DNA of 59,308 nucleotides, counting the filler, from Sphacelaria rigidula (Eukaryota): the NCBI GenBank assembly GCA_964200075.2. It is 9 parts of 9 records of this genome, joined end to end, with 100 filler letters (N's around TTAATTAATTAA, not from the genome) between each part and the next. Parts side by side here need not be neighbours in the genome. Positions count along the whole stretch, not along the records: positions 1 to 6,502 come from CAXNAA020019704.1; positions 6,603 to 13,104 come from CAXNAA020019705.1; 7 more parts are not named here. One strand, given 5' to 3'. The notes under the pieces are model-generated. The model worked only from the letters and a program-made list of their open reading frames with translations. It ran no database searches and was not told where the DNA came from. The position numbers and the translations under genes are program-made. Shown piece by piece: positions 1 through 12,909 of this stretch; positions within the stretch are counted from its first letter, which is position 1, and each line of letters starts with the position of its first letter.

Positions 1-472
1 CGTTTGACCATTGACCACGCATCCATTTCGAGGCAGAGCACCGTTTCTACTGGAGAGAAATGGGTTGATCCGCTGAGACCAAGGACTCGTTCCGAGGAAT
101 AGGGGGGGTTTAGAGTGTGATGAAAAAAATACCGCACAGGTATTTGACGGATTTTGTCCAGGGTAGAGTTGGACAATCGGTACGTCTGCCGTACCGGGCG
201 GGGCCTGGACCGTAAACACACCGGAAATCTAGGTTACCATAGGATATGAGACCGTTACAAAACCCTGATCACATTTGCAGTGGTGTCATGTCACAAAATT
301 CCGGTAGTTTTTTTTGCTTCGTCGTCTCCGGTGCTTGGCACGCCGACGTCTCTTGTTTTTTTTGTCATGTTTTATTTTTTATTTTTTCTTGTCATCATTG
401 TTCTTGTGGTTATTATTATCGCTACTGATGTTCTCCTTCTCCTTCTCCTTCTTCTCATCGTTATTATTATTA

Positions 473-725
473 GAGTGATGCTACGATAGGGTTGCACTAT
501 TTGAGCGAAAATGTTTCTCGGGGTGTTGTACGGATCATTTTGAAGATTGGCACCATTTTCACTTGAAAAATACTGGAAATGATGCCGATTCACGAAAAGG
601 CACCTGTGTGCATCTCCATGTCCTGTCCCCGGAGATCTGGGTTGCACAGTAAGCCCCATATATTTGGGCTCCTACAAAAACGAGACCTAGAAACAAAAAG
701 CGCAACCCCTATCGTAGCATCGCTC
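473..725. mobile_element. ~253-bp MITE, GAG-TIR family subfamily A
   Basis: TIRs GAGTGATGCTACGATAGGGTTGC ... GCAACCCCTATCGTAGCATCGCTC. A second copy in opposite orientation lies at 4602-4856. Confidence 0.8.
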
Positions 726-962
726 ATTTCTCTATGACTACTACTGTCGTGCATCAGTCCGACCTCAGACCCGTGGCCACAGACGTCGGCTCGCCTTTCA
801 GTCCCTTCACTACTACTTCTATTCCTCGCATCACGTACGCTGGCTAGATTCTACAGGAATCCAATCGTCACCCCGGTCTTACTATAATCCAAAAATGTAT
901 TCCGTTCATATGTTTTTTGTTCGCTCGCTTCCCTTGGTAATTAAATTTAATGTGAATAGCAG

Positions 963-1075
963 AGGGAAGGCGGGTGCCGTGACAACAATTGCGCAAGCGA
1001 GTGTCGTCGGGATTTCCGGTGCTACACCGACCAGTGCGGAGGGAAATGCGTGTATCCAGAGACTTGCAGCAGCCG
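963..1075 (+). CDS. Isolated Cys-rich exon candidate of a host gene
   Basis: CAG acceptor at 960-962 and GTGAGT donor at 1076. The frame reads REGGCRDNNCASECRRDFRCYTDQCGGKCVYPETCSS (7 Cys) between T-rich intron-like flanks. Partner exons not found. Confidence 0.45.
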
Positions 1076-1519
1076 GTGAGTGGGGAAAACGTGGTCGTTT
1101 CTTCTTGTTTTTGTTTTTTTTCAATTTATTTCTCTGCTTCCTGTTTCTCATGTGCGGCTCGTGCGTGTCTTGTTTTTCATCATTCTGTTTCTCATTGTTT
1201 TCATCCTTCTACCTCATTTTCTCTCTTTGCTCTCCTTTTCTTTTTTTCAATTTTTTGGGGTTTGGGGCGGGTAGGGGGGTGGGGTGAGAAAGGAATCGCG
1301 TGGCGGCGACGAGTTTTCAACCAGTTCCAAAGCCGTTCAGCCCTATGCATCTTCTCGCCTTGGCTGTTGTTCCGCAACGGGAGCTGCTCTACTTCTTCCC
1401 ATTTTTTTTTTATGTTTTTGCTAAGCAAAATCGAGCGACGCGCTGAGCACACGTTCAAAATGCGCACCATTCCTTTGAAGTCGGTCGTTGTTTTTCACTT
1501 ATTCGGGGGGGTTTTGCGT

Positions 1520-3790
1520 TCAGTTGTACCGCGTGCAGCTTGTAGGGTGAAGCAATCAAGTAAGAAGCTCAAAGAGATGATCCACCCTGCCGTGGACGTG
1601 TACTTGGATATGAATGCTAGATAATTGGAGGAGTACATTGCATTAGAATTGGGGATATGAGAGGGTGGTACGGACACCTGAGTGCTGGTGAGGTGAAAAG
1701 TAGAGTGTGAGCAGCAGTATATCGGAGACGAGGACAGGAACATTCCGCGAGACGGGGGCCCAATCTTTGGGAGATGGGAACGGTGCTTCTCCACCGTGCA
1801 TAGTGCCATATCGGTAACTATGACATCCTGGACAACATGTGAACAATTGCAACATAAAAATTGTACTCGCAATAGTACGGGCCTGTTGCAACTAGTGTCG
1901 GACTGGCAACAGTTGCAATAGCCCTATACTTTACACAGTACATTTTTTCTCTTTCAACGTTTCAGCACATCATGCCCAGGGTGTGGTAACTATCGACCGG
2001 GCCGTCATGAAAGGGTACTGCGTAACGACCCATGGTGCTGTCAATTGGGGACCCGCCACGCCCAAGCGAAACTGATCCGCTCGGAGAGCCATGGGGAAAG
2101 GCAAAGCGACGAGTCCGGATGGGTGTACCTGCTGAACTCCTGAAGCTTCCAGTGATCGGGGAGCCTTCCGAATTTCTGAAAAACTCTACAGCATCACTGC
2201 TGCGGTGTGGACACTTGCCGAGAAGGATGGAACCGAGTTTGGTGACTACAGGGGCGTCTCTCTCTCGTGGCACATGCTGGTGAAGTTCTCCTCAAAATCA
2301 TGGTCAAGAGGCTCGGAAACGTCGACGACGAGGTCGGAATCTTCCCGGAAGAACAGTGCACGTTCCAGCACCAGCGATCGACCGCCGACGCCTCGTTCGT
2401 AGTACGCCGACTGCAGGAGATGGGGACCGGTGAGCAATGTCCCACTAAACGTGTGCTTCAGAGACTTGCAAAAGGCCCACGACTCCGTAGACTGCACGCT
2501 CCCGTGTGAAGTGCTTGCCCGATTCGGAGTCCCGCCGCGGATGATCGAGGTTTTCCATATGTTTCACGATAACATGGGTGCTCGAGTACAGCTGGATGAT
2601 CACGAAGTATCACCATAGTTCCACGTCTACCAGGGACGTGGGCGAGGGTGCGTTTCGCCCCTGCTATTCTTCAACATCTTCGGGGTAGCCTTGGTCGACG
2701 TGATTGGGACAGCGGTTCGCGGCAGACTCAATCGTCGTCTCAGACTTGGTGTGTTGAGATGACGCGCAAAAAGGTGACGATGACGAACCCATTCTAGAGA
2801 CGCCGCTGGGGAAGGTGCGGCGCGCGTTGTGAGGAATCTCTACTATATGCGGATGACGCGATTACAATCTCGAGCCCCACGGACGGGCTTGCTAGAACGA
2901 TGGCCAAGGTAGTGGTGACCTATCAGGAGTTCGGATTGACTAAATCGGAGAACAAGGCAGAGTCCATGGGCCTGTTGTATGTACCCAGCTCCGCCGAGAC
3001 TGCATTGCACATCAAGACGGCAGGCGAACGGTATATGCAAGCGGCTAAGTTTGTCTTCCGTGGTGCTGTCAGCACGGATGCGAACAGCTCTATCGAAATC
3101 AATCGCCGCATCAGTGCTGCCGCCCGCCTTCGAGACCTCCGAAAGTATAGTTCCCAAGTCCACGATCGGCCCGACGGCCAGCTACCTCTAGAAATTCGGC
3201 TACTTGAAACAGAGGTGGTGGAAGCTATGTCGTACAGATGTTCTACATGGACGCTGCGTCTCGAGGACTTCGAGAGTGCGCTGTCCGTCACCAGCCTTTT
3301 GCTGCGAGTGGCTGGGTTCCGCAGGAAGGAACGAACTGCCCATGTGACTCGTCCTTACAGACATGTGCCGGAGATGACCAACTGCGAACGCATCGAGATG
3401 ATCATCCGCAAGCGTCAGCACTGGTTCGCGGGCGCCACGTTTTCCAAAGCGCATCATGTTCGTACGGTTAGCCACACAAGGGCGCAAGTAGGCTGATCGG
3501 CCCCCCAAACACTGGGGAGATCGCCTACATGAGAAGCTAGGTGCACTAGGGGCTCTTCCATGCTAAGGAGTACGACGGAAATGGCCCGTATACGGAGTGG
3601 AGGTCAAAGACGCACACGATTGGGTCGCTGCAGCGATGAACATGGGCGAATGGCATCTTGAAGTCGAGAAAGGAGCGGGAGAGTTGGAGCTGGTGTAGCG
3701 ACGCGAAGAAAACTCCAACTGGACCTCCGTCACAGGCGAGAGGCTGCTGCATCGAGAGCAGCGAAGCGAAGAGCCGCCACTGCTGACCCA
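1520..3790 (+). mobile_element. Decayed non-LTR retrotransposon (RTE-like LINE) reverse transcriptase ORF
   Basis: Motifs spread across frameshifts: QYIGDEDR..RWERCFS (~1720-1800), GDYRGVSL..HAGEVLLKI, PEEQCTF..QRSTAD..FVVRRLQE, DLQKAHDSVD..LARFGVP, QG..GCVSPLLFFNIF, LYADDA (~2842-2860), EINRRI, CSTWTLR. Many stops and frameshifts; apparent ~150-bp interruption near 1800-1950. Confidence 0.9.
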
Positions 3791-4601
3791 GAAACAGCAA
3801 CAATTTGCGAGGAATCCCGGATGGAAATGATTGAGAGAGTGTCCTGTTTTGTCAACGGCTAGGGATGAGAGGGGGAAGCTGGGTTAGCGTGGCAACAGAT
3901 CCACCGTCGTCTTCTGTCGTCGGTCGTTAACCTGTTCTTTGGCCTGTGGTCTTGCGATCTTCCGTATTTGGGCTTTGTACATGCTGTACTGTGTCCTTGC
4001 GTTCCATCGCTTCCGTATACCCCTCCTTCTCAGCTCTCTTCTTCTCCCCAATTCTCTCTCGTTGATTCGTTCCTCCCAGTGTTACACAGTAGCAGCTTAA
4101 TTAATTAATGCCTTGCTTCTGTAGGGCTCATGTGTGAGAGCTCATGCCCAAATACTTTGGTCGCAAACAGGTGAGCTTCATTACATGCTTCCAAGGCCTT
4201 CTTGCTTTGTTTTGTGTATGGGTGTATGCGCCCCTCTTCATCTCGTTTCGCGCACGGCCTTTTCCCCTTGAAGCCATGATGCAGGGGCCGGACATTTTTA
4301 GTTCTTGCCGTTATCGTATTTGTTTTAATTCGCTTTTTTTTTTTTGCTAGTTCTCCGTTCCTTTCCTTTCCTCTCCTTCCTTCTACTTGTGTGTATTTCT
4401 GTTTTTTGTTTCTTAGGTTTCCCTCCGTTTGTTTGTTCCATTATTTTGTTTTGTTTTTCGCATTTTTCCATTTACTCGAGCAAGCATTCCATGTCCTCGT
4501 CTGCCTTACGTACGTCCATCTTGCGACCGCGGTTAGGTCCCTCGGGGATACCTTCATGTGCGACAACACATCAATGTTCCTTCCTATGATACCTCACTCG
4601 A

Positions 4602-4856
4602 GAGCAATGCTACGACAGGGGTTGCACTTTTCGTTTCTGGATCTCTTTTTTGTGACAGCCCAAATATATGGGGCTTACCGTGCAACCCAAATCTCCGGGG
4701 TCCGGACATGGAGATGCACGCAGGGGTCTTTTTCGTCAATCGGCATCACTTTTAGTTTTCTTCGAGTAGAAATGATGCCGATTCTCGAAATGACCCGTCC
4801 AACACCCCGAGAAGCAATTTCGCTAATAAAGTACAACCCCTGCCGTAGCATCACTC
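4602..4856. mobile_element. ~255-bp MITE, GAG-TIR family subfamily A (inverted relative to 473-725)
   Basis: TIRs GAGCAATGCTACGACAGGGGTTGCAC ... GTACAACCCCTGCCGTAGCATCACTC. Interior matches the reverse complement of 473-725 (e.g. CCCAAATATATGGGGCTTAC, GGACATGGAGATGCAC). Confidence 0.82.
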
Positions 4857-5280
4857 TCGACTTTATCATGTTCCATACCACCTTCCTACTACCTCACTCC
4901 CTTTACTCACCATGTTAAGAGAGCATTTTCTCCCTGTAGTGGAACATAGATTCTTGTTCTTCGGAGTACTCCGAAGCGAGTCTCCTTCATTCCCCTATCT
5001 CCAGGTTGAGGGGCCCTGGGGCGTCCGCCATTGCTATGAGTATAATGTATGTCTCCCCGTGACGCCCTCGTATTTGTATTGGATTGTTCCGTGATGCGTT
5101 TGATTCCAGGCGGGGCTTGGTGAGCTGCAAATGTAAGGAGGAACTAGGCGAAGTGGGTAATGGAAAAATCTGTCCAGGGCTAACTCCGACGCTCTACGCG
5201 GTACGTACAATATGACGTTGTTGTTACTGTGGTTGTTGCTGGCGATGCCGGTATTGGTATGAAGTGCTGTTGGCAGAATT

Positions 5281-5308
5281 AGTAGTAGTAGTAGTAGTAG
5301 TAGTAGTA
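5281..5308. repeat. (AGT)n microsatellite
   Basis: About nine perfect AGT units. Confidence 0.95.
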
Positions 5309-5661
5309 CAAAAGTAACGCTAGGAGCAGCAGCCGTGCATGATATCATCTCATGTTGATATTCATAAGTACAGCAACTGCTACTTTACTGCTAGTGGTAC
5401 TGATTTTTCTGCGGTGCTGACTCTTTTGCTGCTTTACCGCTTGTTGTCGAATCTCGTCATCGTCGCTGCCAGGATGCCGAGGGCAAAATCATTTCAACGG
5501 ACGTGGATCCGTCTAGCGTTTGCGGGTGCCAAGTACCCACCCGGGATCCTTGCTACGGCGTCACCTGTGGACAGCATTCTTTTTGCAAGTGAGGAAGCTT
5601 TACCACACGGGAGCACGCAAAGGACAACCATTTCGCTTGCTTTGATTGCTTGATTGATTAA

Positions 5662-6124
5662 TAGGAGTGCTGGGTAGTGGTGCACTTGGCCAGTGTACTG
5701 GATCCTGCCAGTACCATGGTCCGCGAAGCCTGGCCGGAGGCACATTTTTGCGTGAATTGTCTTCACTTTTATTCTTTTGTCGCACTTTGAACCCCTTCCC
5801 TTCCTCGGGGCGGGTCCGTGGTCTCAAGGGATCATCCCATCTCTCCCCCGGTATTCATTACAACAACAAGGATTAGATTCTGCTTCACTTGCCGCGAAAT
5901 CCGATGGATTTCCGTTGAAAAATGAGGCGTTATTCATTGATTGATTGCTTGTCGCACTTTCACTGACTCCCCAGAGATCCAGCCAGATAGACGTACCCGA
6001 GACAAACGTCATATGTGCGTGGTTAGGAAGGTACTGGCAGTAGTGGCTCCTCTTTGTCCAGTACTACGACACTACCAGTCCACGTAGTGTACTGCCAGTG
6101 TGCACTGGTCCAGTACTCAGCCCT
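5662..6124. mobile_element. Degenerate MITE-like element with inverted ends rich in CAGTAC/GTACTG
   Basis: Left end AGGAGTGCTGGGTAGTGGTGCACTTGGCCAGTGTACTGG is loosely complementary to right end CCAGTGTGCACTGGTCCAGTACTCAGCCCT. Confidence 0.4.
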
Positions 6125-6270
6125 ATCGATTGATTGGTCGTCCCACTCCGACTGATCCGCAATGGATCTAGCTGTGGTCATTGGATAGAATGTAGACGTA
6201 CGTGCCCGATATAAATAAGATGGGAAGGCTCGCTGAAGGAAATTTCAGGAGAGAGAAGGAGGGGGAGGAG

Positions 6271-6375
6271 TAGGGGGGGAGGGGGGGGCATACTCATTTG
6301 TAGCTTGCCTTAGTCGTTTGACCCTTGACTACGCAGGCCCTTCGAGACGGAACGCGGTTCCTACTCCTATTAGAG
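6271..6375 (-). repeat. High-copy short dispersed repeat ending in poly(C) (poly-G on this strand); other copies at 1-45, 6470-6502, 6780-6880, 13070-13104, 14975-15055, 16553-16640, 25975-26109, 33010-33110, 39615-39725
   Basis: Shared core GCTCCGTC..G....AGGGATGCG(T/A)GGTCAATGGTC....GACTA.GGC..GCA...ATGAGTAC(G)CCCCCC, in two subfamilies and both orientations. Confidence 0.8.
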
Positions 6376-6502
6376 ACACGTCCAATATTCCGGTGCTCAT
6401 CGCGTTCCTTCCACACGTTACAAACCTTCCACGTGTCTCATTCCCTTCCTGTTACGCCGTCTGTGCTTGAAGGGGGTGGGGAGTGGGGGGGGGCGTACTC
6501 AT

Positions 6503-6602
6503 NNNNNNNNNNNNNNNNNNNNNNNNNNNNNNNNNNNNNNNNNNNNTTAATTAATTAANNNNNNNNNNNNNNNNNNNNNNNNNNNNNNNNNNNNNNNNNN
6601 NN
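6503..6602. other. Artificial contig linker (N-run + TTAATTAATTAA + N-run); identical linkers at 13105-13204, 19706-19805, 26307-26406, 32908-33007, 39509-39608, 46109-46208, 52709-52808
   Basis: Eight identical 100-bp spacers carrying a six-frame stop linker. The intervening pieces fall monotonically from 6502 to 6500 bp, i.e. size-sorted contigs. Confidence 0.97.
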
Positions 6603-7667
6603 CTACTAGACTACTGACCAGTCAGCGCTGACTGGTCAGTGGTCCAGTTGGTTGTCTCTTAAACCGCCACAGAGCACTGTTTTCAACTGCCTCGGGCGAC
6701 GTCTCTCGAAGTCAGAAGGGGCTATTTCCGGGCGATGAAAGGTTTGTCGAACCCAAGGCTGGTCCGGCGAACATCGGCGTGCTCCGTCCCGACTTTGTAG
6801 GGATAGTGTCAATGGTATCATTATGACCACGGCATGCAAGATCACGAGTACCCCTCCTCCCCCCGCCCGCCCCCCATGATCCCCTTGCAATGGAACCGCT
6901 TTACATACTCACAGGACACCCATACCGGCCATAAACTGTGGCAGCCATGGTCGCCCACGAGGTCCTCGTGTCGCCGTGAAAAACTTTATCGAGATAATCC
7001 CTTCAGTCGCCAGGGGTGAATGAGGGTCTGTGCTTCTCCGCAGAATTGAAAACGGGACTTTCATCGAATCGAAGGGTGCCTTGGGTCCTGCAGTTACTCT
7101 GACGTACGCCATCTGTTGTAGGTGAAGGTCAGGGTAAAGGAGTCCCCCCCCCCCTTCCCCCCGACCCTTCCCCGCCCCCCCGGCGGAAAAAACGCCCTTC
7201 GAGAATTAGTATCGGGAAGCCCAAGCACCGGAGAGAGATGAGCGGATTTTCTGTCTTCTAAGGGTCGGACAAATCAGAGTTCATACGAGTACGAGTTAAC
7301 TCCTCACGAATGGCGAGTGCACATGTGATTCATGTAATCAATGTAATGTGTTGATTGAAGAGTATACTAGCAATGAATCATGATAAAATTGTACGTTCGA
7401 GAGGTTTTGTAGTATCGCACGAATTACGAACTGGATTATGTACGCTCCACAAAGTGTCACAAACGAACGAATGGAAAGTACAATATACAATATGAATCAG
7501 GAATCACTGTTCGCGGGAAATGTCGATTTGATCCATCGCGAGTGAAAAACATGTAACAGGTGGCAGATTTTTTCATCCCGTACGAATAGCAGGTGGGAAA
7601 GATGTACGCATCATAACAATTATTCGCATGAATGAATGGTGGGACACATGTACCGGCGATTCAGGAC

Positions 7668-8037
7668 GTGTGTGTATGTTGTCATCCCATCCGTTATGGA
7701 CGCCGGTCTACACCTTTCGGTATATGTAGGCGCACCAGCCGGGGTCACACAGGAGGGAGGTCGTCGACACAGGAGTTTTTTCTTCCTTGTTTCCTTTTCG
7801 TACTCCACCTTCCTTTTGCGGTGCTTGCCTTCATTTTCTATCGCCGAGAGGGGTTCAGCAGTTCCTTTCTCTTATCGACCCTTACGTCGAATTTTGTGTA
7901 CCCCCGACATGGTCGCTCTCCACTATACTGTTGGGCATTGTGTGAGACAAAAATCCCAGATCGCTGCGAGATTTGAACCCACGACCCAACCGTCGGAAGG
8001 ATTCGAGGTTACCAATTGAACCACCGGGGCGATCGGC
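7668..8037 (-). mobile_element. tRNA-derived SINE (~370 bp)
   Basis: Minus-strand head GCCGATCGCCCCGGTGGTTCAATTGG (A box) ... GGGTTCAAATCTC (B box); CATACACACAC tail. Full second copy at 35455-35819, partial copy at 21551-21770. Confidence 0.85.
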
Positions 8038-11000
8038 TTGACGTGTATGAAGCACAGATGGGAGAAGAACGTACCTTCGACGGTGTACCGCATGAACGAC
8101 ACGCGGGAGCATTCACGTCTCTAATGTAGTGCCGCACGAATCGTATGATTACATTACATTCGTCCAAAAGTCGAATACATTCGACGTATATATAGAAAGG
8201 ATGAATCACCACTTTATTCGTCCAACCCTTACTTCCCTCCAAACGACAAACAGCGCCTTCTTTGTCCCCAGTACATCAAAAAGAGGTATTATCGTAGGCG
8301 AAACACGTGCTAAAAAGCGTTGTTGTGAGAAGTACACAGAACGATCTTGCAAGTTTGCTACTGTGCTTTCTATTCAAAATGTTTTCGGGCATCACCATCG
8401 TGACCCGCGCAGAGTGTCTCTTTTCTTCACCGCACTCAAATAAACCAAAAACCATCATATACTCCAAGTCAAGAGCTCAACTATTATGAAAACTCAACTC
8501 CGCAGTCGCCCCCTCGGATGAAAGCAGCAACAACAAACAAGCCCTCCATACACGAACACCAACAAGCCTTCCGTTCCATGACCTATACATTTACATATAT
8601 TTTCAGAAGCTGGTACATGTAGGACCTCGGGGGCGAAAAAAACACAAGCACACACACGCACACAATCCTGACCTGAACGTGAAATTCCGTGCACAATGCC
8701 CCATGTAGGGGGTGGACTTCCGCGCACGCACCAATAATGGTCGCAGGAAACACTTTCTTTGGTAATTTTCATCTCAGCACCCATAAGAAAAACGTTCTTG
8801 CCGAGAAGCGATATCTTGGCTTATCGAGCTGCCACGGGCAAGAGGTACACGAGCACAACAGTGACAAAAATTTCGGGCAGTTGGAACACGACCCTTCACA
8901 CACCGCTCCTCTGTTCGCTCGAATCCGGGAACATGCCCCCCCTCCCCGAGAAACCAAATCAATACCATTATTTCCGCATATTAGCCCCGTATATCGAACC
9001 CCTGGTCACAAGACGAGAAACGATATGCACCGTATTTTCCGCCCAATTAACAGCGAATCGCCCCGTACCATACCTTCACCGTACCATGGCTGTTACCGTA
9101 CCAGCACACAAAAAATATATATTAAGCCAACATAATAAATATTGTTTAATCCACGCGAACGGGGGAGACCTCCATCAGCGTTCGAACCCCAACTACGCTC
9201 ATTCTGTGGAAGAAATGATGGAAACAGGCGCTCCCTCAGGCAAAATCCGGTAGGATAGTATGGTTTGCGCGGAATCCCGACTCGACCTCGAATCCTGGAA
9301 AACACGAATGTCCGTTGCAGAGCTTTTGTACACGCCGCTTTTGCCTGGATGAATTTCGCCACACAGTCAATCTTGAAAGGCATAAGGCAACAGCAATAAC
9401 TCGCGATGCAAGGCGTGGAGTGGAGGCACACTACTAGTTGGAAGGGGAAAAAAACACCGACCGCGTGCCATCGCTCTCTTTTTAAACACCAGCAACAGAA
9501 GAACATACCCCAACCGGTGTGCAAGTCGGCAGCAGCAGCAGCAGCAGCAAAAAAACAACTCGCTGCTCGAGCCACATGATACCCAACACACACGCACGCA
9601 ACGCCTGTGTTCAAGCACAACTTGTGCGACACAACACAAACCACGTCTTTCCCAACCCACAGCAGGAAGGGAGTGTCAAACTGCACAAGAGTAAGAGCAA
9701 TCAAGGCGGCATAATCACCGCGACCGCGGGGCAAAAAAGATGAGAAGGGGGGGGAGGAAGAAAAAAAAGCCACTGTCTTCATGCAGGTCTTTTTGTGTCA
9801 CTACTACCCGTACAAGCACACTTCCAAGCACCCCCCAGGAGGAACGCCCTTTTTTTTTCAGCACGCAGCACACCCATCAATACACGAAACTCTTGGTACG
9901 GTACAGTACACACGAGCGAACGAATCGTCAAGTGGAAAGAGAAATGTATCCCTTTTGGTGACATCAATTTTTTGGAGGGGGGAAATGGAGAACATCTATC
10001 TTCCGTTGGCTACCACACAGCACAACAGAAACAAAATACAGTACAGTAACAACAATGAGCAGCAGCAACAGCAAGGGACAGAGACATAGAGACAGACGGC
10101 TACGGCTACGACCCCGCCCCCTGCACGTGCAGGTGTATATACATGTACATGTGCACCAGAACCACATGTGCACGACAACAATCGAGGCGCCGCCGGATTG
10201 ATGCATCGTTGCAGGTACAACGGTCGTCACACATACTTCTGGGCTTTACATGTGTATTAATTAATAATAAGCAGAAAGAAGAAAAGAAAAAATGGCGGCC
10301 CGGTCCGACCCCCATTTCAGGGATACAATAAAGTTCAGCTCAAAAGTATATCAACAGCATATGGGTCGAATCTACTGTACAAGCTGACGTACAAACAATT
10401 CTCTTCCCTCCGGCAACCCCATTACCTTGGTAAAACGTTGCAAACCCTGGATAATGGCAAAAATGTATTACACGGCCAAAAAGTGTATGACATACAGGAT
10501 CGACTGTTGCGTCTATTGCGATAGACAATGGATTCCATACTGGACTCGGTACACTTTTCGACAATGTAATATATTGTCATCATCCATCCAGGGTGTGAAA
10601 CGTTTAAAAAGTCTCTGCTCCAGAATGCCGTAGATCACGTCAGACACTTCAGCCAAGGAACATTGGCCAATCAAGGTACCAGCAAATTCCTTCTCATCAG
10701 CCAGTCAGAAAATTGCGCGCGGCTCTCATTTCTCTGTCTTGCTATTAGATACTCTCATCAAATACAAAAATCAACACAAGCGCACGTCCTACATGCGAAA
10801 ATACAAACAAAACAAAACAAAACAGAAATATAAACGGCAAGCAGCGGTGTGTACATGTACACACAAAACCAACCGATCCCCAGAGGAGAAAAAACAAAAA
10901 AAAAGGAGAAAAATGACGCCGACCGTAGAAAAGTACAGAGGATATGGAGGAGTAATGTTGCGAGGACAGATGGGTAGGGCAGGGTATACTCGATTTTGTT

Positions 11001-11483
11001 TGATTTTTGTTTGTATGTTTGAAAGAGGATATCCGATCCATACCCGCAGCGGCAGGCAGTCCAGTGCTGTTGTTTCCCTCTCTCAAGCCCACATGAGTCA
11101 TTGTGACTGACTTACGCGAATCATGTGCGAATTTTCAATATACCACAATATCGGGTATACCCTATACCCGACCTACCCTTGAAGCGTCAAATACAAAAAA
11201 CCGCCAAGACCCAACGTAACGGACCAACAAAGCGCGCACGAGAGACTATACCACCGTGAACCCACACGGACAACTCGCGTTCCTGCCAAATCAGTTGCCG
11301 TGTCGCGATTTATTGTCGGGCGACACTAGAGTTACCACAAAACACCAAGTGACCGGCCACTTCGCACGCCCGTATGCACAAACGCCACGGCGAAAACAGA
11401 AAAGAACGAATCGGCAGCCCGGAAAATAAAAAACTGGGGGAATGGGTGGTAAATATAGTGATCAGAAGGGACCAACAGAGTTC

Positions 11484-11550
<67 letters not shown>

Positions 11551-11565
11551 GACAACAACAACGAC
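11484..11565. repeat. (AAC)n microsatellite with GAC interruptions
   Basis: Long AAC run, directly visible. Confidence 0.95.
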
Positions 11566-12468
11566 AGCGGGGATTGAGCAAAATACATTATGAACATCAT
11601 CCTGAAAAAACACCCAGCTGCGCATTTGTCATTGTAGGCAGCAAATCATAGATTCATAACACCCGTATTTCCGCAGTATATGTGCATCCCTCACCCCCTC
11701 CGTCCCCGCTACCGCACCAAGTAAGGTCTAGAAACATTTAGACCGAAAGGCGCACATCGCTTCTTGGGGGGGGAGGGGGGGGGAGGGGAACAAACAAAAA
11801 AGTATTGAAAAAAAAAACATCCAGGCACTGTGAAGAAAAAAAAATGCTGCGCTCATTTTTACTACTATTAATACCACCACAGTTAGGTGTGTGGCAGAGT
11901 GGGTGTAACCGTTCGAGAGTCCACGAGTGGAAAAGTCATTCTCCGAGTGAACATGTACATGGTGCCGGTTCAATAGAAAGATTTACACACACACACACAC
12001 ACAAACACACCTGGACGGTAAAAAGGGTCAACCTTCTGACTGCGAGGTGGTCATTTTCCGAAAACACGCACACAAAGAGCTTAGGTCGCTTGTAGTTCGA
12101 CGATACCGACGCCGTCTCGCACTCGCTACACCCCCCTAATCATTCATCTAAGGGGAGGAACAGCAAGTACGTGACCGAAAGTATCCGGTGACAGTTCAAC
12201 AAGGGCGCTCCGGGTGACGGTGCTGCTCTACCCCAAACCCTTTCAAACAGGAGGCGACTAGTGAACCTAACCAGACTTCATCCTCACCGTCTAGCCACGT
12301 AGCGCAGTGGGTGCTCCGACAAAAAAAAGTCTCAGGGGCATCACCTTGTGCGATGATAGATGGGTGGAGCCCATCGTTCATACGGACGATTTTCAGCACC
12401 GTTCAACTTTTTCTTGAACGGGAGTAAAACTGCCCCTCCCTTCCTTCCCTCGTCTCCCCCACCCTCAC

Positions 12469-12909
12469 TCAACATCCAATGTCGCGAGGATATCCTCGTC
12501 CGCCACGAGCAAGGCCGTAACATTAAGGCTCCTCTCCTCCATCAAGTCCGCGATCAATTCCTTCTGGGGAACCTGGTCCACCTCGAGCACCCCATCTTCA
12601 TTTTCCAGCTCCTCCTCTACCCCGTCTACCCCTGGTCTTTCGCCCTGCCCCCTCGCAAATTCGCTTGCTTTGGCGGCTCCCGAGCCCCCTGCTGATTCGC
12701 CGACGACGCGAGCTAGTTTCGGGGGACTGTCCGCACCTACCGCGGCCGCCGCCGCCACCGACGCGTGCGCTTCCGTCTGGTGCGGATGCCGGCGTTGCTG
12801 CTGCTGCTCCTTCCGCCGCATCGCGAGGTTCTTCCTGTGCCATTGGCACAGCCGCTCTACCAGGTCCCCGCGCGCTGCATTGGTCGTGCAGGACAGCCAT
12901 AGATAGCCC
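12469..12909 (-). CDS. Internal exon of a host gene of unknown function
   Basis: CAG acceptor (12912-12910), GTGAGG donor (12468). GC-rich open frame GYLWLSCTTNAARGDLVERLCQWHRK...QKELIADLMEERSLNVTALLVADEDILATLDV. DLVERL weakly recalls the end of a SAP motif. Confidence 0.65.

Noticed and set aside
6547..6558. TTAATTAATTAA as a biological motif or piggyBac site
   Set aside because: Identical in all eight gaps and embedded in Ns: an assembly linker.
7965..8037. tRNA gene (also 35745-35819 and a B-box-like GGTTCGAACC near 43652)
   Set aside because: The A/B boxes are the head of a repeated ~370-bp SINE, the copies diverge, and no clean cloverleaf is evident. The 43652 site is too degraded to call.
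11310..11651. Poly-Q / poly-N / poly-L ORFs
   Set aside because: Produced by the (AAC)n microsatellite; the flanks are not coding-like.
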